A stretch of 64,000 nucleotides of DNA from assembly GCA_964252035.1 (NCBI GenBank), contig OZ176207.1. One strand, given 5' to 3'. Origin of the DNA: Podarcis erhardii (lineage: Eukaryota). Positions within the stretch are counted from its first letter, which is position 1. Each line of letters starts with the position of its first letter. The notes under the pieces are model-generated. The model did not search any database. It was not told the DNA's origin and saw nothing but the letters and a program-made list of their open reading frames with translations. Both the position numbers and the translations under genes were made by a program. Below, piece after piece: positions 51,764-64,000 of this stretch.

Positions 51764-51921
51764 CAGTGGCGTAGCGTGGGTTGTCAGCACCCGGGGCAAG
51801 GCAAGTAATTTGCGCCCCCTAACCCTGGATTTGCGCCCCCTAACCCTATCCCTAACCCTAACCCCCAGATGTTGCGCCCGGTGCGGCTGGCCCCCCCTGC
51901 ACCCCCCACGCTACGCCACTG
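51764..51921. mobile_element. hAT-type MITE (family E) with internal CCCTAA repeats
   Basis: TIR cagtggcgtagcgtggg; perfect 8-bp TSD ctgacagc. Confidence 0.9.
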
Positions 51922-52036
51922 CTGACAGCAAATTGGCAGTCTAAAAATACAGGGACAAATAAAAGCAATAGTAAGATAGGCAATTTCCAAGTTGTCTACC
52001 AGCTGCTGGGAACAATAGAAGGCTGTTGCCTTAATG

Positions 52037-52172
52037 CAGGCATAGGCAAACTCGGCCCTCCAGATGTTTTGGCACTACAATTCCCATCATCCCTGACCAC
52101 TGGTCCTGTTAGCTAGGGATGGTGGGAGTTGTAGTCCCAAAACATCTGGAGGGCCGAGTTTGCCTATGCCTG
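52037..52172. mobile_element. hAT-type MITE family A, copy 3
   Basis: Same TIRs; perfect 8-bp TSD ccttaatg. Confidence 0.9.
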
Positions 52173-53327
52173 CCTTAATGTTCTGCTTGTGAGCTTCCCA
52201 AAGGCATCTGAATGTCATTGTGCGATACCAAATCCTGGATGATTAGGAACATTGGTCTGATCCAACAAAGCTCTTCTTGTGGTCCCAAAGACTCCCAGTG
52301 TCACTGCTTACCTCTATAAATTCATGTTGCTGCAGAGCCTCTCCACAAAGACAAAGTGGGATATCTTTGCATGTACATGGAAAATACAAAGGTCTTTAAA
52401 AAAAGTAATATAAAAAACAACAACCAGTTTCAGCCTTAGTTTCCTATCAGCGAAACAGGAACATTAGGCCATAGGTGCTTTGCTGGTTTCTTCTAATTTT
52501 TCCTTGAACAAGGAGTTTGGCTTGTGGGGACAGACTGTGCATCTTTCAACAAGAAGAATCTGATGTAGAAACAACCAAAAAAACATTAGCACATATCCAA
52601 TGTGCAACTGAGCCATAGATGTGGGCAATCTTATGACGATCTCTAAAGTTGTGGGAATGGATAGGGTAAGCACTGTAATGCACTTTTAAATGCTGTGGAA
52701 ATTTAATTCAGGCTAGTTTCAAATAAAATGCATGTATGGGAAGCAACAATAGGGAATATTTTTAAAAACTTGTTTACTTTTAAATAATATAGATATATTT
52801 CGAAACTCACTTCAAATGCAGGGCAAGGTCTGCACGCTGCCTGGATACAAACATAAGCCTCTACGTAGGGCCTACAGGGACTGACATTTTATAATTTCTT
52901 TGACAATTCCCTTTAACTATGAAGGTTTAATTCATTTAATTAGAATCCTAGCACAATCCCTGGCAATTCAACAGCCATATCCTGTGTTCATACCGCAACC
53001 GTCTTACCACTGCTCTCCTTCATTAAGTATGGATGAGTGAACATTTAGGAAACTGCTTGCATAAAAGGAGTGTTGATAAGAGTATACAGTATATTGAAAG
53101 TGATGATTAATAATCTCAGTTAATGTAAGAAATGCATGATCAGAGGCAAAAATAATAATAATGAAATCCTGGGCTGAGAGCTGTGTTGACCTCAGTTATT
53201 GACCTCAGTTAGTTGAGCCAGAGTAGCCATAACCTCCTTAATTCTTTTACCAAGGTCACCAGACATAGTTTTGCAAGACTACTTTGCCATTTTATCTCCA
53301 AGGCTTTATGAACACATTTGCATGTAT

Positions 53328-54160
53328 TCATCATCATCATAATAAATTTTATTTATACCCCGCCCTCCCCTGCCAGAGCTGGGCTCAGGGCGGCTAACAC
53401 CAGTAAAATTACAATAAAAACATAATAGGAAAAAAACCAATTTAAAATACAGGTTAAAATGCAATTTAAAATGCAGCCTCATTTTAAAAGTAGCCCATAG
53501 ATCAAAACCATAAGGGTCAGACTGAGTCCAAACCAAAGGCCAGGCAGAAAGATGTCAAGTCCCACAGGGCCCTAGTCTCTTGTGATAGAGCGTTCCACCA
53601 AGTTGGGGCCAGTGAAGGTGCAAGGTCCTGAAAAGGCCCTGGCCCTAGTTGAGACCAATCTAACCACCTTGCGACTTGGGACCTCCAAAGTGTTATCATC
53701 TGTGGACCTTAGGGTCCTCCACGGGGCATACCAGGAGAGGCAGTCCCGTAGGTACGTGGGTCCTAGGCCGCATAGGGCTTTAAAGGTCAAAACCAGCACC
53801 TTAAACCTGACCCTGTACTCCACCGGGAGCCAGTGCAGTTGGTAAAGCACTGGATGAATGTGATCCCGTGGCAAGGACCCCGTAAGGAGCCTCGGCGTGG
53901 CATTCTGCACCCGCTGGAGTTTCTGGGTCAGCTTCAAGGGCAGCCCCGTGTAGAGCGAGTTACAATAATCAATGCTAAGGGGTATGGTGGGTTGCATCTG
54001 CCATGTGCCCAGGTTTGCTTGGCTCATGCTACAGGAGTATAGAACTGGGGTTGTCAAAGAACAGCAGCTTGCTCTGATCTCTGGGAGAGTCAGAGAGCTG
54101 GGTTCCGGCTTCATTCCCCATAAACTGAGATGGATCTGGCAGGGAACTGCAAGTGTGTTG
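53328..54160 (-). mobile_element. L2-clade LINE, ORF2 C-terminus plus 3' UTR
   Basis: ORF 53572-54114 contains DYCNSLYTGLP...KLQRVQN...LHWLPVEYRVRFKVLVLTFKAL. Confidence 0.88.
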
Positions 54161-54964
54161 TCTCAGGGTCTTCCTTGAGCAGCCCAGGTTCCCCTCCTAT
54201 CTAGGGGCTGTGATTTTGAATTGGAGTGGGGGTGGCAGCCATTATGGGATAGTTAATATGCAACTGGCCAACTCTTCAGGGCTGTTGTGCAGCAGTTGCC
54301 CAAGGGAGGGCACAGGCAGGCTCTCCTAGCTTTCCCACTTCTGTTATGAGCCCTACAGATCACAGTGGAAATGCATCCCTCCCAGTAAACATGCATCGGC
54401 TTGCACTATAAATCTGCTAACAGTTTTAAAACGCACATGACTGCGATCTGCTGGTACTTTGTGGCAGTGTCAGGGCTTAATTCCAGAATTACTGTGGCAA
54501 TTGAATTCCATAATTTATTTACTCCAGTCAGGGTTAGATGTCATAGAGGACATCTGGATAAATGAGATCATACTGTGCCAGTAAAATATGAATGTTCCTC
54601 CAACAGTTCCGATAGGCATATGGCGGTGTGTTGTGAATCCTCCAGAGTTGTTTCTTGCATTTGAACACTGAGTTTAAAACAAGAACAACCAACATACCGG
54701 TAATTTATCTGAGGCAATATAATGCATGGTGTCCATTTGGTAGCAAAATACATGGGAACTTTAATTTTAGTTGTGTGTGCGTAAATATGCATCTATCTTA
54801 GCAAGAAGATTCATGTCAGATGTAAGGAAATTGGAATATGTACTAGGAATGACAAAAATTAAATAGTGGGTTATGCCACTCTGAATTAAATTTGACAGCT
54901 GAAGAATAATGAGGCTTGGGGTGCAAATGCCAGGAAGGGTCCACAGGAACTGATGCTGGCATCT

Positions 54965-54965
54965 T

Positions 54966-55024
<59 letters not shown>
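54965..55024 (+). repeat. Compound microsatellite (TG)13(AG)17
   Basis: Read directly. Confidence 0.95.
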
Positions 55025-55027
<3 letters not shown>

Positions 55028-56959
55028 AGAGGAGTTATAACTTTCTACTGTTGTGGCCCAGTACCAATAGAATAAATGCTAAGCAGGGCAGATGCAGCCA
55101 CTATCTTTCTTTCTCCCAGTGTCGCAGGGTGCAGTATTTGGACTTAGAGGCATTGTGGTGAAATAAAGATAGCAATTTTTTATAATAAAAAAATCTATTT
55201 ATTTAAAAGCATCTATAAAACTGCTTAATATTTTAAAGAACTCTAAGGTGTACAATTTAAGGACAAGAAACAATAGTATAAAGGCATATAAAAACAAATT
55301 AAAGCAGGAAATTCAGAGAATTGAAACAAATAAAAACAGGTTCTGCCTTATGGGACAGGGAAACCCTGGGTGAAAAGGCATGTCTTTACAAGATGTCTGA
55401 TGATTGCTGCTTCACTTATGGCAGAGGGAAGGTTATGCCACGGTACAGGGGCGAGAGCAGAAAATGGACAAAAAAGTCACCGCCTTGCAATATTCTGCAG
55501 GTTGATGTTCCATGGTCAGACTTTCCCCAGATGATCTAAGTGATATTACAGGTTTATACAAGAGAAGGCAGTCTTTCGGGTAACCTGGTCCAGAGTAGTT
55601 GCAACCACCCAATTCAGCACTTCTCATATTAATGCTGGACTATTAAAAAAAGTTAGAATGTAAAAAGAATTAGAAATAAAAACAATACTGCTGCTGCCAC
55701 TGCTGGGTAAGCTTGTGGGAGGGGAACAGTTCCTTATCATCCTTTTATGTGATCCCAGCTGTTAGCCTGCTACCAAACTGTTCTTCCCTATATCTTGCTT
55801 CCCTGTCCACTTCTGGAGTTTGGGAGTCACCTGTAGTTGAAAAGCCAGGGACAGGAGCCTTGCTAGAAGAAAATGTGGCAACCCTAAAAGGAAGGCTTGC
55901 CAAACAGTTTTTATTGTCAGGCCCACAGCTGCTGTGTCAGGGTTTCTGAAGCAATAACCCTAATGAGAAGGGGGCTTCAGCCCATGCTGAACCTATCAGA
56001 TCAGATGAACGACCCACTGGATGGGGTGGATGAGAATGTCCCTACCTTTCCCCAGTGTGCTCTTCTGTCATTTTTGTGCTACAGAGCCATCACTCTGGAG
56101 CAACCTATAGCTACACTCTAGATAAGTGTTGCACATGATTCAGCCATTCCCTTTGTAATTTCCTAAATGAATTTTTGGCTCTTGCCTGTCCTGCCAATGG
56201 ATAAAAGGCAGCCATTTCTCTTGATTAAATTGCAAAGAACAGAAAGAACAGAAAGTGTTGGCGGGGGGATGATTCCCAGGGCTATTTGAATCCCTATATG
56301 CTGAGATCCCTGATTCTGTTCACAGGAGAAATTTAGGCATAAAAATGTGAATTCATGCTGCTAAATTCTTAAAACTGTCCCAGAGTGTTGGCATGAAGTG
56401 CTCAGTCTCCATCAGTAATGACTGGGTGCAACTCCAGGCTTGCAAACACATTCTAAATCTAGACTTATAATCTTATGGTCAAGGTTATCCAGTGCTTTTC
56501 TTCTAGGAGAAAAAGGTGCCAGTACTGCGTACCCTTGAGGACCCCCAGGAAAAAAACCACTGAGGTTATCTATACTAGGATATCCTAAAAACAGCAGCAG
56601 CAGTAGTAACTGCAGAGATATGTTTTTAGGTGCTTGAAGTCTTGCTAACAGAAGACTGGCTAAAACCACTTAGAGCAAAGGTGGGTAAGCTATATGCAAC
56701 ATCTGCTTTTTATCTGATCCCTGAGCTGTCCGGGACTGCACCCCTGCTGCCCCAGATGTGGTGATTTGGATGTTTCTAGACGTGCTAGGCCAAAAGAAGC
56801 GGCTGTGTTGCTAACACCCTGTTAAGAGGGAAACAGGAATGCCTTATGAGGCTAGTTGCCTCCTGTAGGATTGCACAGCTCTCGCAATTGCTCCACATCT
56901 AGAAACCTCTGGGAGCTTCATGACAGGTGTTTATTGTGGGGTAGGGGGAAGCCATACAC

Positions 56960-57085
56960 CAGCGGCGTAGCGTGGGTTGTCAGCACCCGGGGCAAGGCAA
57001 GTAATTTGCGCGCCCTAACCCAAACCATCCAGATGTTGCGCCCGGTGTGGCCGGCCCCCCCTGCACCCCCCACGCTACGCCACTG
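56960..57085. mobile_element. hAT-type MITE (family E), shorter copy
   Basis: Same TIRs as 51764-51921 with one mismatch; perfect 8-bp TSD ccatacac. Confidence 0.9.
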
Positions 57086-58879
57086 CCATACACTTTAAAT
57101 GTATGGTGTCTATGCAGCCCCAGTTCCAACAACCAAAGTGGATCATTCAAGGTTGGGAATGTAATGTGACCTGCAGGTTGAAAAGACACTTGATTAAATC
57201 ATGATATATTTTAATAGCAAACTCAGTTCTCTCAGTGCCAGCCCTTATGTAGCCAAAACCACACAATGCCTAGACAAGAGGGAGATATCAGTAGGCTTGG
57301 CACAGGCCCAAGGTTTGCAGAAGTACAAAAACAATTTAGGGGGAAAACCTAAAAGAGGTGGGGATTGCAAAACAAGTCAATGAGCATGTCCAGTGGGTAT
57401 CAAATGTTGTCTGGCTGTTGGCAGGAAAAACAGAAATGGGTGGAATGGAGTAAATGGAAACCTGAGCAGGAGTACTCCTTACTGTAACATTTTGTTGCAG
57501 GACCCATTTGTAACTCATAAATAGTAATGCATGCTAAGACTGTTGCAAAGCTTCATGGTTTTGTATAATGTAGAGAACTATAACCTGAGATGCAGAAATG
57601 CAAAAGACAGAGCTAATGTTACCTGAAGTATTAGGAAAACTTTTAAATGATTTTTTCACCTAATACTGATTTTAAAAAATCTTCTTCCTTCGTGGCATCT
57701 GATTTTAACTTGGAGCATTAGCCTGCCAAGTAATTTCCATATTTGCAAACCCCGAGACAGACTTCTCAGCTTACAGACAATACTTTTATTTGCTATACTA
57801 CACCACTCAGACCAATTCATCAGACCAAGTTACCTTGACAGCTCTACTCTGAAGCAACTGTGCTCTAAATTGTGCTTTTCAAAAAGTAAAAAATTAAATT
57901 CAGTGAAGTCTGCTACATTGTATAAACCTAGATGATAATAAGAAGATGCACCCAAATCCATGGAAGCAGGCTTCTGCAAATGAACCACCTTTTGAAATAT
58001 GTCCTGCATGTATAGTAATGCATTGTACAAGTGCTGTTGCTGGATTTCTGTGTCCAGAGCCCAGGTCTGCACGAGTGGCTCCCTTTGCTGAATTGGGATC
58101 ATAGGCTCAAAAAAGCAGACAGCAAGGCCAGCTCTGATAGTGCCAATTGCCTCATTTTGGGGTGTAGGGGGCTACATCTAGAACAGGTGACCAATGCTTT
58201 CAAAACTGGCAGCATCAAACCATCTCCCAAGTGACCATGTACAGCTAGATCTTTATGCAAAGCCCAATTCTACATACAAGCCTCTTTGGAATGTAGGCAC
58301 AATATTTTCCTAATGGTTAGTAGGAAATGGTCTTTAATAGACTACAGAGCAACAGGACTGTTGTGGTTCAGAACATCAAAAGAAAAATTCTACTGACACA
58401 TTCCTACAGTGCTAGCAGTTCTTTTTGAAAGTCTGTCCCCAGTGTGATGTATTGGTCAGGCCAGACGCTGTTTGGCTGATAGAGTCTAATGTGATCACAG
58501 CAGGAGCTGCTTAGGCTTCAAGGCCACGTCATTTCAATTAGAAAGGTGAAAAATAAAACATTTGTGTGACTAGGGTGACCATAGCAAACCACAGAAATGG
58601 TGCCTGCTTCACAGGCACACTAAATCAAGAGAAGTTACAATTTATCCTCAAATTAATAGTAAACATATTTCTCTAGAGTAATTCAGAACCAGCAAAGTGG
58701 CTGTTAAAGGATCGCATATGTTTTGGATTTAGTATTGTTGACAGTATTGTCGACAGAATTCCTGCGATAGTTTAGAAAGTCTGGACAACAATAGTTGTGG
58801 CTAGACAATGGGGACAGAGTATTGCCAGCACATAACTCAGGTGCTCAAAAGTTTGCACTGGTTTGCACCTTATACTACT

Positions 58880-58980
58880 GGGTCAGGTTAAAAGTTATTA
58901 TATTAATTTACAAGGCTCTTAACAACTTAGGTCCAGGGTACCTTAGGGATGGCCTGATCCCTTATATCCCTGCTTGATCA
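58880..58980 (+). mobile_element. L2-clade ORF2 fragment
   Basis: WVRLKVIILIYKALNNLGPGYLRD motif. Confidence 0.65.
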
Positions 58981-59026
58981 CCACAGCTTGGATACATAGT
59001 TTGCATCAGCAAGGAGCTGATGCAAA

Positions 59027-59261
59027 AAGCCAGTGTGGTGTAGTGGTTAAGAGTGGTAGATTCGTAATCTGGCGTCTCCACTCCTCCACATGCAGCTGCT
59101 GGGTGACCTTGGGCTAGTCACATTTCTCTGAAGTCTCTCAGCCCCACTCACTTCACAGAGTGTTTGTTGTGGGGGAGGAAGGGAAAGGAGAATGTTAGCG
59201 CCTTGAGACTCCTTCGGGTAGTGATAAAAGCGGGATATCAAATCCAAACTCCTCTTCTTCT
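59027..59261 (+). mobile_element. Squam3B-type SINE lacking its B box
   Basis: agccagtgtggtgtagtggttaagag head, typical body and (TTC)-type tail. No GGTTCG box between taatctgg and cgtctcc. Confidence 0.8.
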
Positions 59262-60399
59262 ACTGTTGAAATGAATCCTTTATATAGTTTGCATGGTTTG
59301 GCAGTGCTTGTTTTAAAGGAATTCACTAGTGGAGAATGAATGCAAAAGGGAACATTTTGCCTATGCAAAAAAGCACATTTAATTTTAATAAAATACAATT
59401 ATATAATAAAGCAACACTATAATAATATATGAGATTTCGGTGCTTCCTAATGGGGATATTATAAATTGGTTGTTAAGATCTCACAAAAGGGTAAATGGCA
59501 GCACATTTTTTTTAACTGGAAAGGGTAAATCTGGATTAAAGGGGTGGGAATATAAATGTTTCAATGTTAGCTCCACTGTGTGGACACTTAACAAATCTGC
59601 ATACATGAAGAGCACTCATCTTACATTAAACACTTGCATGGAATTAAGCACTAACATTTAGCATTCTTCTCCATTCAACTTTTACACCACTAGCAATTAT
59701 TAGAACAGCCCTAATCTCTGAGTACTTTTTGCTTTCTGTTATTTCTGCCTGCAGGTATTCCCCCCTGCCCCCATTCTTAATAGTCTCACACAATCTCATT
59801 TCTGGGATATAAATTATATAAAAGGTAAATATGATTGTGCATGATGTGCAAAAAGTGGACAGAGCAAAGTTTTTCTTTCACACATTATACTAGAACCTGG
59901 GGCCTTCCAATGAAGCTAAATATTGAAATACTCAGGTCAAACAAAAATAACTACTGCTCACAGCAAATGGCTAAACTATAATCTCACTCCCAGTGGGACT
60001 ACTGTGTCAGAGGTAGCATGCCTCTGACAAATATATTGTTGGGCAACACAAGTGGGGATAATGTTGATGCACTCTGGTCCTCCCTGAGGCCTTGCCATGA
60101 CCATCTATATGTGTATAGATTAAATTTTATCAATGTTTAATTGCTTTTTAAATTTCCCCCTATGTTTTCAGAAGTTCATATTTTTATCTGTAAGCCACCT
60201 TGAGTCCCATCAAGGAAAAATGCAGGGCATAAACAAATATATAATCATAATAATCTAGCTCGCCACTGTAAGAGCAGAGTGCTAGATGGACCTTTGGCCT
60301 GATCTAGAAGGGCTCCCACTAGGGGGAAGAATATGTAGTTATTTCAATTACTCAGACTTAGTATCCATAAGGTATAGCTTGAGGGCTAAGAGAACAGCA

Positions 60400-61900
60400 A
60401 ATCCAAGAGGCGACGGGATTAGTTTAGTCGAAAGCTGCAGTCTGATGTACTTGCCCCGGAGAAATACCTATTGATCGCATCGAACTGAGCTACATATGTC
60501 ACATTAAGCGCCTCAACAACTCTCTCCCTCAACCTACCCCTCGTCAACTCCCTGACGCCATAAACCACGAGAGCAAGTCGTGAAGCATTCTGGGAAATGT
60601 AGTCGCTTTCGCGCCCCTGTCTATTTGATCGCGCTCGTCCCTCCGCGACAGAAAACACTACATTTCCCGGTCGTCCTTGTGCAAAAACATCCTTCTTCAT
60701 GGCTCTCGGTTTTTCCCGTACCGCGTTGCATGTTGGTACCGGTAGTCTTTTAATCACCGGGATCCCTATTCTACAAGACCTGACTTCCTGGGCGGAGGAT
60801 ACTACATTTACCGTGTGCCTCAGCCCGCCGCGCTTGCGCCGTGTGCATGGAAGGAGGGGAGGGGAAAGGCCGTTACGTTGCGGGCAACGGCCAGGGCAGT
60901 GAAGCGGCAGTCAGTGTTGGTGCCGGAGGCTTCCGCGTTGACTGTTAGGGCTGGTGCGCCGCGTCAGGACGAAGGGCGGCTTGTGTCAGGCTCCGTCCGT
61001 TACGGTGGGGAGGGGAGAGCGGGGCATGAAGCTGTGAGGGGCCGCGAGCCGAAGGGAGCGGGGAAGGAGAGCGGCCGCAGGCAGGCGAGAGGAAGAGGAG
61101 GAGGAGGAGGCGCGGAGCGATGTCTCAGCCGCCTCAGCAACATCCGCCTCAGCAGGAGCAGCAGCCGGTGGCCGCGCCGGTCTCGAAGAAGAGGGACCGG
61201 AGGATCTTCTCGGGGACTTGCCCGGATCCCAAGTGCCAGGCGCGGCTGTTCTTCCCGGCGCACGGGCCTCTGAGCAGCGGGAGCATCGAGTGCACGGACT
61301 GCGGGCAGCGCCATGAGCAGCGGCAACTGCTGGCGGTGGAGGAGGTGACGGACCCGGACTTGGTGCTGCACAACTTGCTGCGGAACGCGCTGCTGGGGGT
61401 GAGCGGGGCGGGGCCCCCCAGGAAGAACACCGAGTTGGTGAAAGTCATGGGCCTGTCCAACTACCACTGCAAGCTGCTGTCTCCCATCTTGGCCCGCTAT
61501 GGCATGGACAAGCAGACGGGCAAGGCCAAGCTCCTGACCGAGATGAACCAGGGGGATATCTTTGACTGCGCTCTTCTGGGCGACCGTGCCTTCCTCATTG
61601 AGCCTGAGCATGTCGACACGGTAGGGTATGGCAAAGACCGCTCCGGCAGCCTTCTCTACTTGCACGACACCTTGGAGGATATCAAGAAGGCCAACAACAG
61701 CCAGGAGTGCCTCATCCCGGTCCACGTGGATGGGGATGGCCATTGCTTGGTGCACGCAATCTCCCGGGCGCTGGTGGGCAGGGAGCTGTTCTGGCACGCT
61801 TTGCGGGAGAATCTCAAGAAGCACTTTAGGGAGAATCTCAGCCGCTACAAAGCTCTCTTTCATGACTTCATTGATGCGGCAGAATGGGAAGACATCATAA
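60400..61900. promoter_or_regulatory. VCPIP1: CpG island and probable bidirectional promoter of VCPIP1
   Basis: CpG-rich; ETS-like acttcc (60783-60788), GC box (60790-60795), NRF1-like gcgcttgcgc (60830-60839) and ZNF143-type motifs. Confidence 0.82.
60585..60604 (-). promoter_or_regulatory. ZNF143 (SBS)/THAP11-type motif GACTACATTTCCCAGAATGC
   Basis: Close match to the ACTACAnnTCCCAnnATGC consensus. A second core ACTACATTTCCC lies on + at 60657-60668. Confidence 0.8.
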
Positions 61901-63802
61901 ACGAATGTGATCCTTTGTTTGTTCCCCCAGAGGGTGTACCAATGGGCCTTCGAAACATCCACATATTTGGACTAGCCAATGTGCTGCACCGGCCCATCAT
62001 CCTCTTGGATTCCCTGAGCGGAATGCGTAGTTCAGGAGACTACTCTGCCACTTTTCTACCTGGATTGATACCAGAAGAAAAATGCATGGGAAAAGATGGC
62101 ATGTTGAACAAACCTCTCTGTATTGCCTGGAGTAGTTCTGGCCGTAACCATTATATTCCTCTGGTTGGGATAAAAGGTGCTGCTTTGCCTCAATTGCCTA
62201 TGAAATTACTTCCTAAAGCTTGGGGAGTACCTCAGGACCTTATTAAAAAATACATCAAATTGGAAGATGATGGTAGTTGTGTGATTGGGGGTGACAGAAG
62301 TTTGCAAGACAAATATTTGATGAGGTTGGTTGCTGCCATGGAAGAGGTTTTCATGGATAAGCATGGCATTCATCCCAGTTTAGTAGCTGATGTACATCAG
62401 TATTTCTATAGAAGGACTGGTGTAATAGGAGTTCAGCCTGAAGATGTCACAGCAGCTGCTAAAAAGGCAGTGGTGGACAACCGCCTTCACAAGTGTCTCA
62501 TTTGTGGTGCCCTTTCAGAACTTCATGTTGCTCCTGAGTGGTTGGCTCCTGGAGGGAAACTGTATAATTTGGCAAAAAGTACCCATGGCCAGCTAAGGCC
62601 TGATAAAAATTATAGTTTCCCTCTTAACAATTTGGTATGTGCCTATAATCCAGTTAAGGATGTACTTGTACCTGATTATAACTTGAGTAATTTGACTGTC
62701 TGTAACTGGTGCCATGGAACATTGGTGCGTCGTGTCAGAAATGATGGTTCTGTTGTGTATTTGGATGGGGACAGAACTAATACCAGATCGACAGGTGGTA
62801 AATGTGGTTGTGGATTCAAGCATTATTGGGAAGATAAGGAGTATGACAATCTCCCTGAAGCTTTCCCAATTACTCTAGAGTGGGGTGGGAGAGTGGTGAG
62901 AGAGACGGTATACTGGTTTCAGTATGAAAGTGATCCTTCTCTAAACAGCAATGTGTATGATGTTGCAATGAAACTTGTTACCAAGCATTTTCCTGGAGAA
63001 TTTGGCAGTGAGATTCTTGTCCAGAAAGTTGTCAATACCATTCTACATCAAACAGCCAAAAAGAACCCTGATGATTATACGCCTGTAAACATTGATGGTG
63101 CTCATGCCCGAAGAGTTGATGATGTGCAGCAAGGACAAGACTTGGAATCTCAACTTCCAACCAAAATTATTCTTACTGGTCAGAAAACAAAAACATTGCA
63201 CAGGGAAGAGCTAAATATGAGTAAAACTGAAAGAACTATTCAGCAAAACATTGCAGAACAGGCACCTATAATGCAGAAACGCAAAACAGAAAAATTGAAA
63301 CAAGCACAAAAAGTGCCACCTAGAACATCTTCCCCAGGTTCTGTTCCTGATGGGCCATCTTCTGCACCTGCTACACCTACAAAGACTCCTTATTCCCCAA
63401 CATCTACAAAAGAGAAGAAAATACGCATAACAACAAATGATGGGCGGCAGGCCATGCTCACTTTGAAATCCACAACCACATTTCTAGAACTGCAAGAAAG
63501 CATCGCTAGAGAATTTAATATTCCTCCCCATTTGCAATGTATTCGAGTTGGCTTTCCTCCCAAAGAGCTTATGCCACCCAAAGAAGGGCAGGAAAATGAA
63601 CCTGTTCCTCTACTGCATGGTGACAGAGTAACTATAGAGATTCTCAAAGGCAAGGAGGAGAGCAGCCAGACCGCTTCAGTTCACTCGGCCCATGCTGTGA
63701 AACTTGATGATGTTGCTGTTGCTAGTAAAATTGCTTCCAAGGAAATCCAAGAACAAATCGACAAGGAAATGTACTCTCTGTGTCTTCTAGCAACATTTAT
63801 GG
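61120..63802 (+). CDS. VCPIP1: VCPIP1 (VCIP135) OTU deubiquitinase, exon 1 coding part (894 codons plus 1 nt); gene continues beyond the window
   Basis: OTU catalytic VDGDGHCLVHA and SSSGRNHYIPL, UBX-like region KIRITTNDGRQ...GFPPKEL. Donor ATGG|gtaagg at 63802/63803; the last residues of the listed ORF are intronic. Confidence 0.96.
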
Positions 63803-63914
63803 GTAAGGAAAACACTTTTTTTCACTTTTCAAAGAGTAGAGATATGTCTCACTCTGAATTTTATAAAGCTAGAAATCCATACATGTTCTGACCAATACAA
63901 GTTGGTGTCATAAT

Positions 63915-64000
63915 TCATAGAATCATAGAGTTAGAAAGGATCCCAAGGGTCATCTAGCTCAACCCCCTGCAATGCAGGAATCTTAACACACGGTCGGTCC
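63915..64000 (-). mobile_element. CR1 3' end in VCPIP1 intron 1
   Basis: tcatagaatcatagagttagaaagg...aaccccctgcaatgcaggaat. Confidence 0.75.

Noticed and set aside
61000-61962. 320-aa antisense ORF over VCPIP1
   Set aside because: Shadow ORF opposite a GC3-rich coding exon, with no recognisable domain.
63803-63891. VCPIP1 ORF extension KENTFFHF...PYMF*
   Set aside because: It lies past a consensus donor and VCPIP1 homology ends there, so it is intronic read-through of the ORF caller.

Overview
Vertebrate genomic DNA from a squamate, most likely a lacertid lizard (inferred from Sauria/Squam1, Squam3B-type and Squam2-type SINEs). Two genes lie head to head. On the minus strand is SGK3: I traced 16 coding exons by hand (19493 down to 1659, all GT-AG, 1473 nt, 490 aa, PX domain plus AGC kinase), with a probable non-coding exon 1 in a CpG island near 49.3-50.15 kb. 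On the plus strand is the large first coding exon of VCPIP1 (61120-63802, OTU deubiquitinase), with a CpG-island promoter carrying ZNF143-type motifs. This matches the VCPIP1-(C8orf44)-SGK3 order I recall from mammals. The rest is intronic or intergenic and rich in L1, L2 and CR1 fragments, SINEs, hAT/mariner/Harbinger-type MITEs and microsatellites. I found no clearly new biological system. The best leads are a uORF cascade in the SGK3 leader, a 192-bp CpG-rich insert with a 17-bp target-site duplication, inverted SINEs around SGK3 exons 3-7, ZNF143-like motifs in a MITE family, and a G-quadruplex/uORF module in the VCPIP1 leader. Coordinates were counted by hand. Gene and repeat family names come from recalled homology, not from searches.
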